From the NCBI GenBank assembly GCA_965222225.1, contig CBDCTK010000002.1, forward strand, positions 4,672,001 through 4,736,000: 64,000 nt of DNA, in the 5' to 3' direction. This document shows positions 48,109-57,547 of this stretch, one piece after another. This DNA is from Candidatus Poribacteria bacterium (GTDB lineage Bacteria; Poribacteria; WGA-4E; JAJDTR01). The notes below the pieces were generated by a model. That model saw only the letters and a program-made list of their open reading frames with translations, did not search any database and was not told the DNA's origin. The position numbers and the translations under genes were made by a program. Position 1 is the first letter of the stretch. Each line of letters opens with the position of its first letter.

Positions 48109-51100
48109 ATGTCACGAAAATTAATTATTGTATTTTTCATCATCATAGGCACAATCTGCAGTTTTGAGAGTATTGCCCAGTTTTTTCCGGACGCGGCAGT
48201 CCAAACCTCGCTTCACAAACTAGACTCCGTATTAAAACCGCTTGTCATGAGACACCCAAGCACTCCTCAGAAAGGGTATGCCTCCCCGTTCATACATTAC
48301 TCTGAATGGTATGGTACGGATGTAATCAAAGTGATGCTATTAATGTCGGACTCGCCGCACACACTTCGCACTCTCGGTGTGGAGTTGCAATCGGTTATTC
48401 GATTGAACTATCATTCGCACGGTTTCTTGGTCACAGCGGATCTCCCTGTTGATTTACTACCCGAAGTTGCAAATATGCGGAATGTAACCTATATTCACGC
48501 TGCCCGGCAGGCTAAATTGGCTGCTCCTACCTTAGATATAAGTGCTCTCGCTACCGGCGCGAATCAGGTATGGGAAAGCAATCCCACCTATACCGGGAAG
48601 AATGTCGTCGTCGGCATCATTGATACGGGCATTGATTGGTCCCACGAAGATTTTAAGAATCCGGACGGTAGTTCGAGAATCTTGTGGATCTGGGATCAGA
48701 CCCAGACAGCAACAGGTCAAGTCCCTCAAGATTTTGGATATGGGACAGAATGGACGCAAATGCAGATTAACGAGGGAACACCGAATCAGAACGACTATGA
48801 TGGACACGGCACTCACATCGCTTCGATTGCCGCCGGTAACGGCAGAGGTACGGGCGTGCAACGCTCCGCTCCGAGATTTGTGGGGATGGCGCCCGAGGCA
48901 GACATCATCGTGGTGAAATCCTACCTATTCGAGAATGAGGTGTTGGATGCAGCGCGCTATATCTTTGAAAAAGCGGATTCGCTTGGAAAACCGGCGGTGG
49001 TAAACATGAGTTTCGCATACCAGATAGGACCGCACGATGGGCGGACGCTTTTGGAACAGGGGTTGAATCAACTTGTTGAAGAAACGTCCGGCAGGGCAAT
49101 TGTTGCGAGCGCGGGGAACAGAGGGGAGAGTACAATCCATGCCGGAGCAGTTCTATTGCCTCCGGATGGAGAAAACTATCCAAAGCTAATTCCGGTGCCA
49201 GATTTTAATGACTCTAGCACGTATGTGAACATCTGGTATTCATCCAAGGATTCCATTTCCGTGCGGGTGAAAGTCCCGGGAACCAATCGGGGAGAAACAG
49301 TCGATTTTGAGTGGGTGCCGCCCGGACAGGTGGATACTTTTGATATCCCGAAAGGCCCGTGGGAAGGCGCGACGTTGATTGTCGATTCTCAACAGCAACA
49401 TCCCCTCTATCCGGATCTCTCCTTCATCGTCATTTGGCTTTGGAATGGCGGTGACATAAGCCTGCCACTCGATCGGTACGAAATGACGATCGAGCTTGAT
49501 GGACCAGAAGTCGCATTCGACGCTTACTATTTTTCCGGCCAAATCGACGGCGGGTTCAGAACAGACAGTCCTGACACATGGCTAATCCCGGGCGATGCCA
49601 ATAAAACCATCGCCATGCCGTCCACGGCAAGAGGTGTCATCAGTGTCACCTCCTTTGTCACACGAAACGACTGGGTGGACAGATTTGGCTTCAGTAGGGT
49701 GGTTGATGCAACTGTGGGCGAAATTTCTAGCATATCCAGTATCGGACCAAGTCGTGATGAGGAAAAAAAGCCCAATCTCGCTGCACCGGGAGAGATGATT
49801 GTTGGAGCTCTCGCCGGACGGAGTTGGGGATATCCGCCATTGGTTATTGAAGATCAAAGTCATATCGCGCTCCGCGGATCAAGCGTTGCTGCTGCACATG
49901 TCACAGGTGCGGTGGCACTCATGCTGCAGCAAGAACCGGGGAGAACGGTGGGAGAGTTACAACGGCTTCTGATTGAACGTGCTGTCGATCGCGGCGATCC
50001 GGGCTGGGACAGACATTGGGGGGCGGGGCAACTGAATATCCTGGCATCATTGGACGTTCCTGCAGTCCCACAGGGCTTTACCGCTGTTGCTGAAGATGGA
50101 TCGGTGCGTTTAAGTTGGATGGCAAATTTTGAATCCAACATCGCCGGGTATAGGCTTTACATCTCTGACCAGATACTTGACCTTGGTAATGTCGAGACCT
50201 TTAGGTTAACAGACCTCCAGAACGGTGTACCAATCGTAGTTTCGTTAAGCGTATTTAACACTGCTGGGAATGAGAGCGCCAAGACCAGGGCTCTGATTGT
50301 TATCCCAACAGCGAATCCGTCCGGAGAAGACACCACTTCTCCAACTCCCCCCACGGGTTTGATTGCGACACCTGCGGATGGAGTGGTTGGACTAAGCTGG
50401 ACAGCGAACCCGGAGCCGGACGTTGCCGGTTATATAGTTTTGTTTGGTGGTACTCCCGGAGAGTATTTTGCGCTCTTTGAGGCGCAAGATCAAACCTTTA
50501 TTCAAGTAACGGGAGCAGACAATGATGTGCCCCTCTATGCTGCCGTTGCTGCTTTTGATTCGGCCGGAAATTTGAGCGAACCCTCTGAAGAAGTAGAAGT
50601 CACTCCCACGGCGCAAGATTTCACATTTATTCCCGACCAAGAAGGATGGCCGCTTCAAACAGAGAGCGAGGTGTTTTCCTCACCGGTGCTCGTCGACCTT
50701 GATGGAGACGGCACGCTTGAGATTATTGTAGGTTCTAAGGATGGCTTGCTCCAAGTTTGGAATCATGACGGCTCACCAGTTGCCGGTTGGCCGCAAGATA
50801 CCGATGGCGAACTGATAGCCACTCCATCGGTGGGCGACCTAGACGCAGATGGCAGTCTCGAAATTGTGCTACCGGTCGAGCAACGAGTTTATATCTTTCG
50901 CGCCGATGGCACACCTTTCAACGCGGAATGGCCAAAACGCTTCAGGAGTCGCATTGTCGCCGCGGCTACCCTCACTGATCTCGACAAAGATTTTGACAAA
51001 GAAATAATTATTGTTACCAAAACGGATGGCGTGCATGTACTTCATCATGACGGAGACGACCTTGACGGGTGGCCACAGGAAATAGAGGATTACGGCTTAT

Positions 51101-52560
51101 CCCCGGCGGCAGTAGGCGATCTAAACCGAGACGCTTCGCTAGAGCTTGTTGTCACGACGAGTGGTGCCAATGTATACGCATGGGAAGCCGATGGTACCGC
51201 ATTGGAGGGATGGCCAATTGAACCACGGCCAGGAACCGGAGCTAACGCGCCGCCGGTTCTGGCAGACATGAACTCCGATGGACTTTTGGAAATTATCGTG
51301 ATGTTCAGGAACGGGAGTATCTATGTTCTTTCTCAGAAAGGTGAAGTCCGAGACGGATGGCCCCAGCGGATAGGATATACACCATATGCGGCACCGGCGG
51401 TCGGCGATTTGAACAGTGATGGGCAGCTTGAGATCATCGCTGGCGATTTGGGTACTTCAAGCATAGTCGCTTTTAATGAAGACGGTACATTGGCGCCGGG
51501 ATGGCCAATTTCAATTTTCGGATCGACGGTTACATCGATTCCTGTACTAGGAGACATAAACGGTGATGACGAAATTGAGGTCGTCGTTGCAACCAACTGG
51601 GGAAGTTTCTTTGGACAATTACACGCCTTCAGTTCCGGCGGTGTCGAACTGGACGGTTGGCCCCTGATTACCACGGGAAATCTGCAATCGTCACCAGCCA
51701 TCGGCGACCTTGACAATGACGGTGATATCGAACTATGCATCGGCTCTCTGCGCGCGCCCGACGAGGATGCATTTATTCCTGGCGCGGTGTACATCTGGGA
51801 TTTGGAAGGGCAATCCGCGGATGCGCCGATTGAGTGGGGCATGTTTCAGGCAAATCCGGAACACACCGGTGTTTACGTCAACAACCTCCCGCCGCCAAAC
51901 GTGTTCGCGGCGTTTACGGGTAAGCGTGAATTCAATCAGATTCGTCTGAACTGGACAACTCAGGGAGAATACGGCAATCTGGGCTGGCGAATCTACCGCG
52001 GCGAGATGCCGGACGGGGAGTTTAAACCCCTCATTGACGCATACCGGTCAACAATTGACCGCCCGGTTGAGGTGTTGGTAAAAGGCAGAGGATACAGTAA
52101 CTCCGAACGCGATTATGTCTTCTTTGACGAGGACACATCTCCGCTTAAATCCTATTCCTATTATCTGGAGAACAGAGGGCTATTGGGCAGAATCAGCCTT
52201 TCACCGATTGTCACAATTGAGGGCTTGAAAGCCGTCACCATTGGTGGACTCAAGACCGAACTTTATCAGAGTTTCCCCAATCCCGGCAACCCCGAAACGT
52301 GGCTTCCCTTTGCACTTGGAGCCACCGCGAACGTTTCGGTTGCCATACGCAGCACTTCAGGCGAGTTAGTAAGGAAACTGGATTTGGGAGAGAGGCCCGC
52401 AGGACTGTATTCCACCAAGTCAAACGCGGGGCATTGGGACGGTCAAAACGAGCTAGGTGAAACAGTCGCCAGTGGTATCTACTACTACACATTTACGATT
52501 TCCGACCGCGACGCCTCCCACGCGCAGGAGATGACGCGGCGGTTAGTAATTCTGAAATAG
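48109..52560 (+). CDS. Secreted S8 (subtilisin-like) serine protease with FN3 domains, 8 FG-GAP/VCBS repeats and a C-terminal FlgD/T9SS-like sorting domain
   Basis: Signal peptide; IIDTG, GHGTHIA, SAGN, GSSVAAAHV; two FN3-like units (LSW...GY); eight DLDGDGxLE-type repeats; YQSFPNPGNPETW...WDG...VASGIY. Confidence 0.9.
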   Translation: MSRKLIIVFFIIIGTICSFESIAQFFPDAAVQTSLHKLDSVLKPLVMRHPSTPQKGYASPFIHYSEWYGTDVIKVMLLMSDSPHTLRTLGVELQSVIRLNYHSHGFLVTADLPVDLLPEVANMRNVTYIHAARQAKLAAPTLDISALATGANQVWESNPTYTGKNVVVGIIDTGIDWSHEDFKNPDGSSRILWIWDQTQTATGQVPQDFGYGTEWTQMQINEGTPNQNDYDGHGTHIASIAAGNGRGTGVQRSAPRFVGMAPEADIIVVKSYLFENEVLDAARYIFEKADSLGKPAVVNMSFAYQIGPHDGRTLLEQGLNQLVEETSGRAIVASAGNRGESTIHAGAVLLPPDGENYPKLIPVPDFNDSSTYVNIWYSSKDSISVRVKVPGTNRGETVDFEWVPPGQVDTFDIPKGPWEGATLIVDSQQQHPLYPDLSFIVIWLWNGGDISLPLDRYEMTIELDGPEVAFDAYYFSGQIDGGFRTDSPDTWLIPGDANKTIAMPSTARGVISVTSFVTRNDWVDRFGFSRVVDATVGEISSISSIGPSRDEEKKPNLAAPGEMIVGALAGRSWGYPPLVIEDQSHIALRGSSVAAAHVTGAVALMLQQEPGRTVGELQRLLIERAVDRGDPGWDRHWGAGQLNILASLDVPAVPQGFTAVAEDGSVRLSWMANFESNIAGYRLYISDQILDLGNVETFRLTDLQNGVPIVVSLSVFNTAGNESAKTRALIVIPTANPSGEDTTSPTPPTGLIATPADGVVGLSWTANPEPDVAGYIVLFGGTPGEYFALFEAQDQTFIQVTGADNDVPLYAAVAAFDSAGNLSEPSEEVEVTPTAQDFTFIPDQEGWPLQTESEVFSSPVLVDLDGDGTLEIIVGSKDGLLQVWNHDGSPVAGWPQDTDGELIATPSVGDLDADGSLEIVLPVEQRVYIFRADGTPFNAEWPKRFRSRIVAAATLTDLDKDFDKEIIIVTKTDGVHVLHHDGDDLDGWPQEIEDYGLSPAAVGDLNRDASLELVVTTSGANVYAWEADGTALEGWPIEPRPGTGANAPPVLADMNSDGLLEIIVMFRNGSIYVLSQKGEVRDGWPQRIGYTPYAAPAVGDLNSDGQLEIIAGDLGTSSIVAFNEDGTLAPGWPISIFGSTVTSIPVLGDINGDDEIEVVVATNWGSFFGQLHAFSSGGVELDGWPLITTGNLQSSPAIGDLDNDGDIELCIGSLRAPDEDAFIPGAVYIWDLEGQSADAPIEWGMFQANPEHTGVYVNNLPPPNVFAAFTGKREFNQIRLNWTTQGEYGNLGWRIYRGEMPDGEFKPLIDAYRSTIDRPVEVLVKGRGYSNSERDYVFFDEDTSPLKSYSYYLENRGLLGRISLSPIVTIEGLKAVTIGGLKTELYQSFPNPGNPETWLPFALGATANVSVAIRSTSGELVRKLDLGERPAGLYSTKSNAGHWDGQNELGETVASGIYYYTFTISDRDASHAQEMTRRLVILK

Positions 52561-52606
52561 TCTAATGGTCAGGCAGATGGAAGACACTCATAGCTGTTTC
52601 CCGATC

Positions 52607-52630
52607 GGCTTGGATTGCCACATCCAAGCC
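52607..52630. terminator. Hairpin between convergent genes
   Basis: GGCTTGGAT-N6-ATCCAAGCC perfect 9-bp stem. Confidence 0.5.
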
Positions 52631-52834
52631 TTGACCGATGAACTCCTCAATCCGCGGGAGCGGTACGTCGTGCACACTATCTCGTTGACTAATACAGTAA
52701 TTCTGAACTAGTGAGTTGAGGACGCAGATATTCTGGGATACAGCACCATCTAGAGAACCAAGTTCAGAGAAACACTCACTTTCTTTGCACGCGTAGCCAA
52801 GTCACACTGTCGGACGACTCTCACGGCTCGTCAG

Positions 52835-53701
52835 CTAATGGTCGTTGCGCAATCTGGACGGTTCCCCATAGTTCCCGTCAGGCAGGCGAGAGGGGAAGTT
52901 GTATTGGGGATTCGTCAACAATGCGTAAATCTGCGGATCTCGCTCCCGCACCAATTCCGTCGTGTACAGACGCCATTCATCGCCAATTTCACCTGCCCGT
53001 CCAGGGAAATTCTGTCCACCCAAAATTGATGTTAACGCCCAATAAATATACTCGGTAATTTGACAACCGTAGTCGCATGTTTCGTCGTAATAGGTAAACC
53101 ACGCACTTTTGGGATAGGAACGGGGGACTTGCCTGAAATGTCCGCCTCTAGCGATGTCCATCGCCTCGCCAACGGCTGTATTTGCCCTCTCGCCGAAGAC
53201 AGTGGGATAGACATCGGCGTAACCCGCGCTAGTAATTAAGTGCAGTATTTCCTCCAAAGCGGCATCGAATCTCCCCTCTGAGGCCCCGTTGGGGTGTGTT
53301 TCCTCGCCGTACAAATCCTGTAAACTCATCGCGTCCAGCACATGCTCCGGAATGTAAGCTTCTAGCTCCGTTTCCTCCCGGTCACGCTCGGTAGCAAACA
53401 TGATAATTGAGGCGCGGTTTCGCCGCATCTGTGCTACCACTATTGGATTGTCGGGCACACCATCTTCGTCGTTATCCAGATATTGAGCTAACACATGCGC
53501 CGCGTGCAGCACTTTCTCATTGGGAGTCTCCGCCGTGGCATACACCCTAATCCCAAACACGGATACTTGTATCTTGAAAACGTGTAAAAACCCGCTGGGC
53601 GCATCATTACTAAGAGGCAGAATTTTCAAAGGCGTGGTCATCTTGTCTTGGGGGCCATTACTCATGTAGATCAGAGCGCTAACTAGAAACATGTATCTCA
53701 T
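52835..53701 (-). CDS. Hypothetical zincin-like protein with EExxH motif
   Basis: YLDNDEDG, ALEEILHLI, CDYGCQITEYIYW, EW. Confidence 0.55.
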   Translation of the reverse strand: MRYMFLVSALIYMSNGPQDKMTTPLKILPLSNDAPSGFLHVFKIQVSVFGIRVYATAETPNEKVLHAAHVLAQYLDNDEDGVPDNPIVVAQMRRNRASIIMFATERDREETELEAYIPEHVLDAMSLQDLYGEETHPNGASEGRFDAALEEILHLITSAGYADVYPTVFGERANTAVGEAMDIARGGHFRQVPRSYPKSAWFTYYDETCDYGCQITEYIYWALTSILGGQNFPGRAGEIGDEWRLYTTELVRERDPQIYALLTNPQYNFPSRLPDGNYGEPSRLRNDH

Positions 53702-53828
53702 ACGATTGTTAATGGACAGGATTTAGAAGGTGGGTACAATTCAGCCGAATAGAGGTATCTCTGCTTCATCCACGTTTTCTTGTTAACAGTCGGAGAACGA
53801 TTTCGCTCTCACCACATATGCTCCCGAC

Positions 53829-53849
53829 GGTGGGCAGTGCCCACCCTAC
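53829..53849. repeat. GTAG-type REP palindrome
   Basis: GGTGGGCA-G-TGCCCACC-CTAC (reverse complement GTAGGGTGGGCACTGCCCACC). Confidence 0.75.
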
Positions 53850-53968
53850 AAGAGTGATAGAACAAAAGCCACGATCCATGGCTCCACGAAAATATCGTTG
53901 AAAGTTTTCTCCAAAGCGGTTTATAATGGTCGAATTAAGCAAAACAGGCAAATGAAGAAAGGATAGCC

Positions 53969-54994
53969 ATGTCTGGCACATCTGCTACACCAGCTTACCA
54001 GGTCGGTATCGTGGGGACAGGCGGAATCGCAAAGGCACACGGCAGAGCATGTAAGGAACTCGAATGCGCGGAACTCTCTGCCATTTGTGACATTTCCGAG
54101 GAGGCCTTGCATCGTTACGCCGAAGCATTTGGCGTGACGCGTCTTTATCCCGACCTCGATCAAATGCTGACTAGCGAAGAACTCGATGTCGTAATCATCG
54201 CCAACTGGGGAGCTTTTCATGCAGAAACCGGCATTCAGATTGCCAAGTCACGCCATGTCAAAGCCATACTATGTGAAAAGCCGTTTACATCAACGGCAGC
54301 GGAGGCGGAGCAGTTCGTAAAAGCGGCGAAAGCAAATGGCGTGCTCGTTGCCGAAGCTTTCAAGTTCCGTCATCATCCGATGCATCTAAAAGCGAAGGAA
54401 CTCATTGATGCAGGGGAAATTGGAGAAGTAAAGACAATGCGCAGTACGTTCTGCACCGGCGGCAAGGGCGGGGGACCTGAAACTCGCCGTCCGGAAATGA
54501 ACTGGCGCTTCAACAAGGCAAAGGGCGGTGGTAGCATCTATGACCTGGGTTGCTACTGTATTCATCATGCACGCTTTATTTTCGACGCGGATCCTGTTAC
54601 GGTCTTTGCGATTCAGCAGCCGGGAATTGAGGTTGATGATGCTATGTATATATTACTCGCCTTCCCGGGTGAACGAACCGCACAGATTTCCGTCGGATTC
54701 AATTCGTCAGGGGCACAATACGCCGAAATATGCGGAACAAAGGGAATGTTGCGGCTTGACAGAATCTGGAACAACGAGAAACGACCCGTGTCAATCGAGA
54801 AACAGACAGTTGATGGATCAGAATCCATTGAATTTGCCCCGGTGTTTCAGTTCACGAATCAACTCCGACACCTCTGCGACTGTTTGACAACGGGACAGCC
54901 GCATCGTATTTCACCCGAAAACAGCATTCATCAGATGAAAGTGATTGATGCGGTTCTCGAATCAGTAGAGACCGGGAACGTGGTGGCGATTTGA
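53969..54994 (+). CDS. Gfo/Idh/MocA family oxidoreductase
   Basis: GTGGIA, CEKP, GGGSIYDLGCY. Confidence 0.92.
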   Translation: MSGTSATPAYQVGIVGTGGIAKAHGRACKELECAELSAICDISEEALHRYAEAFGVTRLYPDLDQMLTSEELDVVIIANWGAFHAETGIQIAKSRHVKAILCEKPFTSTAAEAEQFVKAAKANGVLVAEAFKFRHHPMHLKAKELIDAGEIGEVKTMRSTFCTGGKGGGPETRRPEMNWRFNKAKGGGSIYDLGCYCIHHARFIFDADPVTVFAIQQPGIEVDDAMYILLAFPGERTAQISVGFNSSGAQYAEICGTKGMLRLDRIWNNEKRPVSIEKQTVDGSESIEFAPVFQFTNQLRHLCDCLTTGQPHRISPENSIHQMKVIDAVLESVETGNVVAI

Positions 54995-55057
54995 GAAACC
55001 GGTGGACAGCGCCACTCTGGCTAAGGTTCTTCAATAGGTACACCCCGTGATTGGTCC

Positions 55058-56920
55058 CTACCGGGTCGCATGTGCCATAATCTCGGTCATGCGTGCGACA
55101 AACTCGGTCGGAGAGTCCATATTCCCGTCAATCAATAGCGCCCCTTCATAAACCTGCAGAATACAACTCTTGAGGAGCGACTCATCACCATTGTTTTCGT
55201 GAATGTGAGCCAGGTTCTTAATCAGCGGGTGAGAGGGATTAATCTCAAGAATCTTCTTGGAGCCGGGGATATCTTGGTTCATCATTTTCATCATCCGTTC
55301 CATTTCTCGATCCATTCCGCTGGCTCCGACCACGAGGGTTGCCGCCGAATCGACAAGCCGCTTAGACTCGACCACATCCTCTACCTTATCACCAAGTGTT
55401 TCTTTGAATAGCGAAAAAAGCGACTTGGATTCATCCTCGGTTAAGCTATCCGCCTTGCTCTCTTCATCGGACTTAAGGTCAAGATCTGCGGTCTCGATTC
55501 CTTTTATCGGTTTTTCGTCGTAATCATGCAACTGCGGAATATTAAAGATATCGGCTGGGTCAATGAAGAACAAGACTTCAATTCCCCTTTTCCTGAAATA
55601 TTCCAGATTTGGATTTAGTTCCACCGCCGCTCTGCTCTCGCCAGTCAGGTAGTAAATCTCCGTCTGATCTTCCTGCATGCCAGCCACATAGTCCTTGAGC
55701 GAAGTGAGTTTCCCTTTTTCGGTTTTTGTGGATTCAAATCGCAAGAGGTCGATCAGTCGATCCCGGTTTCCAAAATCTGTGCTGAGTCCGGTTTTGAACA
55801 GCAACCCAAAGTTGGTGAAAAATTTGTCATACTTCTCTTGGTCATTCTTTGCCCAATCCTCCAGAAGCGACAAAATTCTTCCGGTAAGCACATTTTTGAT
55901 TTTCCCCATTATCGGGCTGACTTGGGTAACTTCACGAGAAACGTTTAACGGCAAATCTTCTGTATCCACTACCCCCGCGACGAAGCGCAAATACTCAGGC
56001 AGTAATTCCTTGCAGTCGTCTTGGATGAAGATTCTATTTGCATAAAGTTGCAATGACTTCAGTTCCTCTCCCCTCAAAAAATCGAACGGGGCGGTTTCGG
56101 GCACGAAAACCATCGCCTTGAAATTAACCTGCCCCTCAATCGACAAATGCAGATGTCCGAGTATCGGGTTGAAGTCGTTGGATATGAACTTATAAAATTC
56201 TTCTAAGTCTTCATCGGTCACTTCGTTTTTGTTTTTCTGCCACAGTGCGCTTATGGTGTTTACCTGCTCGCCGTTGACATGAATTGAGAAGTCTGCGAAG
56301 TTGGAGTATTTCTTAATAATCTCGTTTACCCGGTATTCTTCACTGAACTCCTTCGCATCGTCCTTTAGTTTGAACGAGATTTTCGTTCCTCGCTCCTCAC
56401 GCGGGAATTCTTCAACGGTGAATTTGCTCGCTCCCGTCGATTCCCACCGATACCCCTTTGACCCTGGATCCGCATGTCGGGTTTCGATGACCACCTGATC
56501 AGTCACCATGAACACGGAATAAAAACCTATGCCGAATTGACCTATCATGTTCGCGTCGAAGGGTTTGCCCTCCTCTTTCAATCTCTCCAAAAATGCCACT
56601 GTGCCGGAACTTGCAATGGTGCCGATTCTGGAGACGAGATCTTCTTTCGTCATGCCGATGCCGGTGTCGGCAATCGAAAAGGTTTGTGTCTTCGAGTCAA
56701 CACTGATGCTGATTCGCAAAGGGGCATTGGGACTTACAATGTTTTTATCCGTTAACTGTCTGAAACGCACCAGATTTAGAGCATCGGAAGCGTTGGAAAT
56801 CACTTCGCGGAGAAAGACTTCGCTATGGCTGTAGAGAGAATGAACGATCAGATGAAGAAGTTGCTTCATCTCCGCTTGGTATTCAAATTCCTCTAACGCT
56901 TCAAGTTTGTCACTGGACAT
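55058..56920 (-). CDS. htpG: Molecular chaperone HtpG (Hsp90)
   Basis: FLREVISNASDA, DTGIGM, GTIASSGT, IGQFGIGFYS, LPLNVSRE, LEINPSHPL; start taken at MSSDKL. Confidence 0.97.
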   Translation of the reverse strand: MSSDKLEALEEFEYQAEMKQLLHLIVHSLYSHSEVFLREVISNASDALNLVRFRQLTDKNIVSPNAPLRISISVDSKTQTFSIADTGIGMTKEDLVSRIGTIASSGTVAFLERLKEEGKPFDANMIGQFGIGFYSVFMVTDQVVIETRHADPGSKGYRWESTGASKFTVEEFPREERGTKISFKLKDDAKEFSEEYRVNEIIKKYSNFADFSIHVNGEQVNTISALWQKNKNEVTDEDLEEFYKFISNDFNPILGHLHLSIEGQVNFKAMVFVPETAPFDFLRGEELKSLQLYANRIFIQDDCKELLPEYLRFVAGVVDTEDLPLNVSREVTQVSPIMGKIKNVLTGRILSLLEDWAKNDQEKYDKFFTNFGLLFKTGLSTDFGNRDRLIDLLRFESTKTEKGKLTSLKDYVAGMQEDQTEIYYLTGESRAAVELNPNLEYFRKRGIEVLFFIDPADIFNIPQLHDYDEKPIKGIETADLDLKSDEESKADSLTEDESKSLFSLFKETLGDKVEDVVESKRLVDSAATLVVGASGMDREMERMMKMMNQDIPGSKKILEINPSHPLIKNLAHIHENNGDESLLKSCILQVYEGALLIDGNMDSPTEFVARMTEIMAHATR

Positions 56921-57266
56921 AATCGGAAAGATCCTCCTATTGTTGATGAAGTTATAGTTTATGCATGATTGTTGATTTTGAACACATACAATATACTGCC
57001 TTGGAAGCAGAATCGGCAATCAAATTGTTGGCGTCGGAAGGTAATTTAAAAGAATTGGCATCTACCCCACCGCAATCACAGAACATGAATCCTCGTAGAA
57101 GGCTTATCGTTACTCGACACTCACGGTCAGCGCGGAAAACCGTATCGTGAAGAAGCGTCCGCCTTCTGTTTCCTCTATGTGAATAGGACTTCCGTAGGGT
57201 ACACCGTCAGTCTATCGTGTTCCGTCCGTGAGGACACATCATTGGCAGCAGGTCGAACGCTTCGCA

Positions 57267-57413
57267 TCAATCCTGGCAGGAATGTGGCGAACCAGGCGTT
57301 GTCAGACCAATTTCAGATAACTCGGACAAATCATCCCAGTCACAGTCCAAGCAGAATAACTGGTTGTCGCCAATGGATTTAATTGAATTGCGTTCACAAT
57401 TTGGACATAGCAT
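57267..57413 (-). CDS. Small putative zinc-ribbon protein (48 aa)
   Basis: GGGAGG RBS 7 nt before ATG; MLCPNC-X14-CLDCDW. Confidence 0.55.
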   Translation of the reverse strand: MLCPNCERNSIKSIGDNQLFCLDCDWDDLSELSEIGLTTPGSPHSCQD

Positions 57414-57547
57414 TTTTTGACCTCCCGCCCAAGAAACGATGCGAATCTTATTGAGGTTGCAAGAGTTGAACTTGCAACGGCAGCAAGCAATTGAATCCAC
57501 CCCGGCGCGAAATGGGGCATTGGGTGTAATGGAACGCCGTCAGTGAA

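Noticed and set aside
52546-52707. 12-bp direct repeat AGTAATTCTGAA at the protease gene end and ~150 nt downstream, as a possible att/target duplication
   Set aside because: Short, AT-rich, encloses no mobile gene; compatible with chance
56921-57100. CIRCE or HAIR heat-shock operator upstream of htpG
   Set aside because: Neither TTAGCACTC-N9-GAGTGCTAA nor CTTGAGT-N7-ACTCAAG is present
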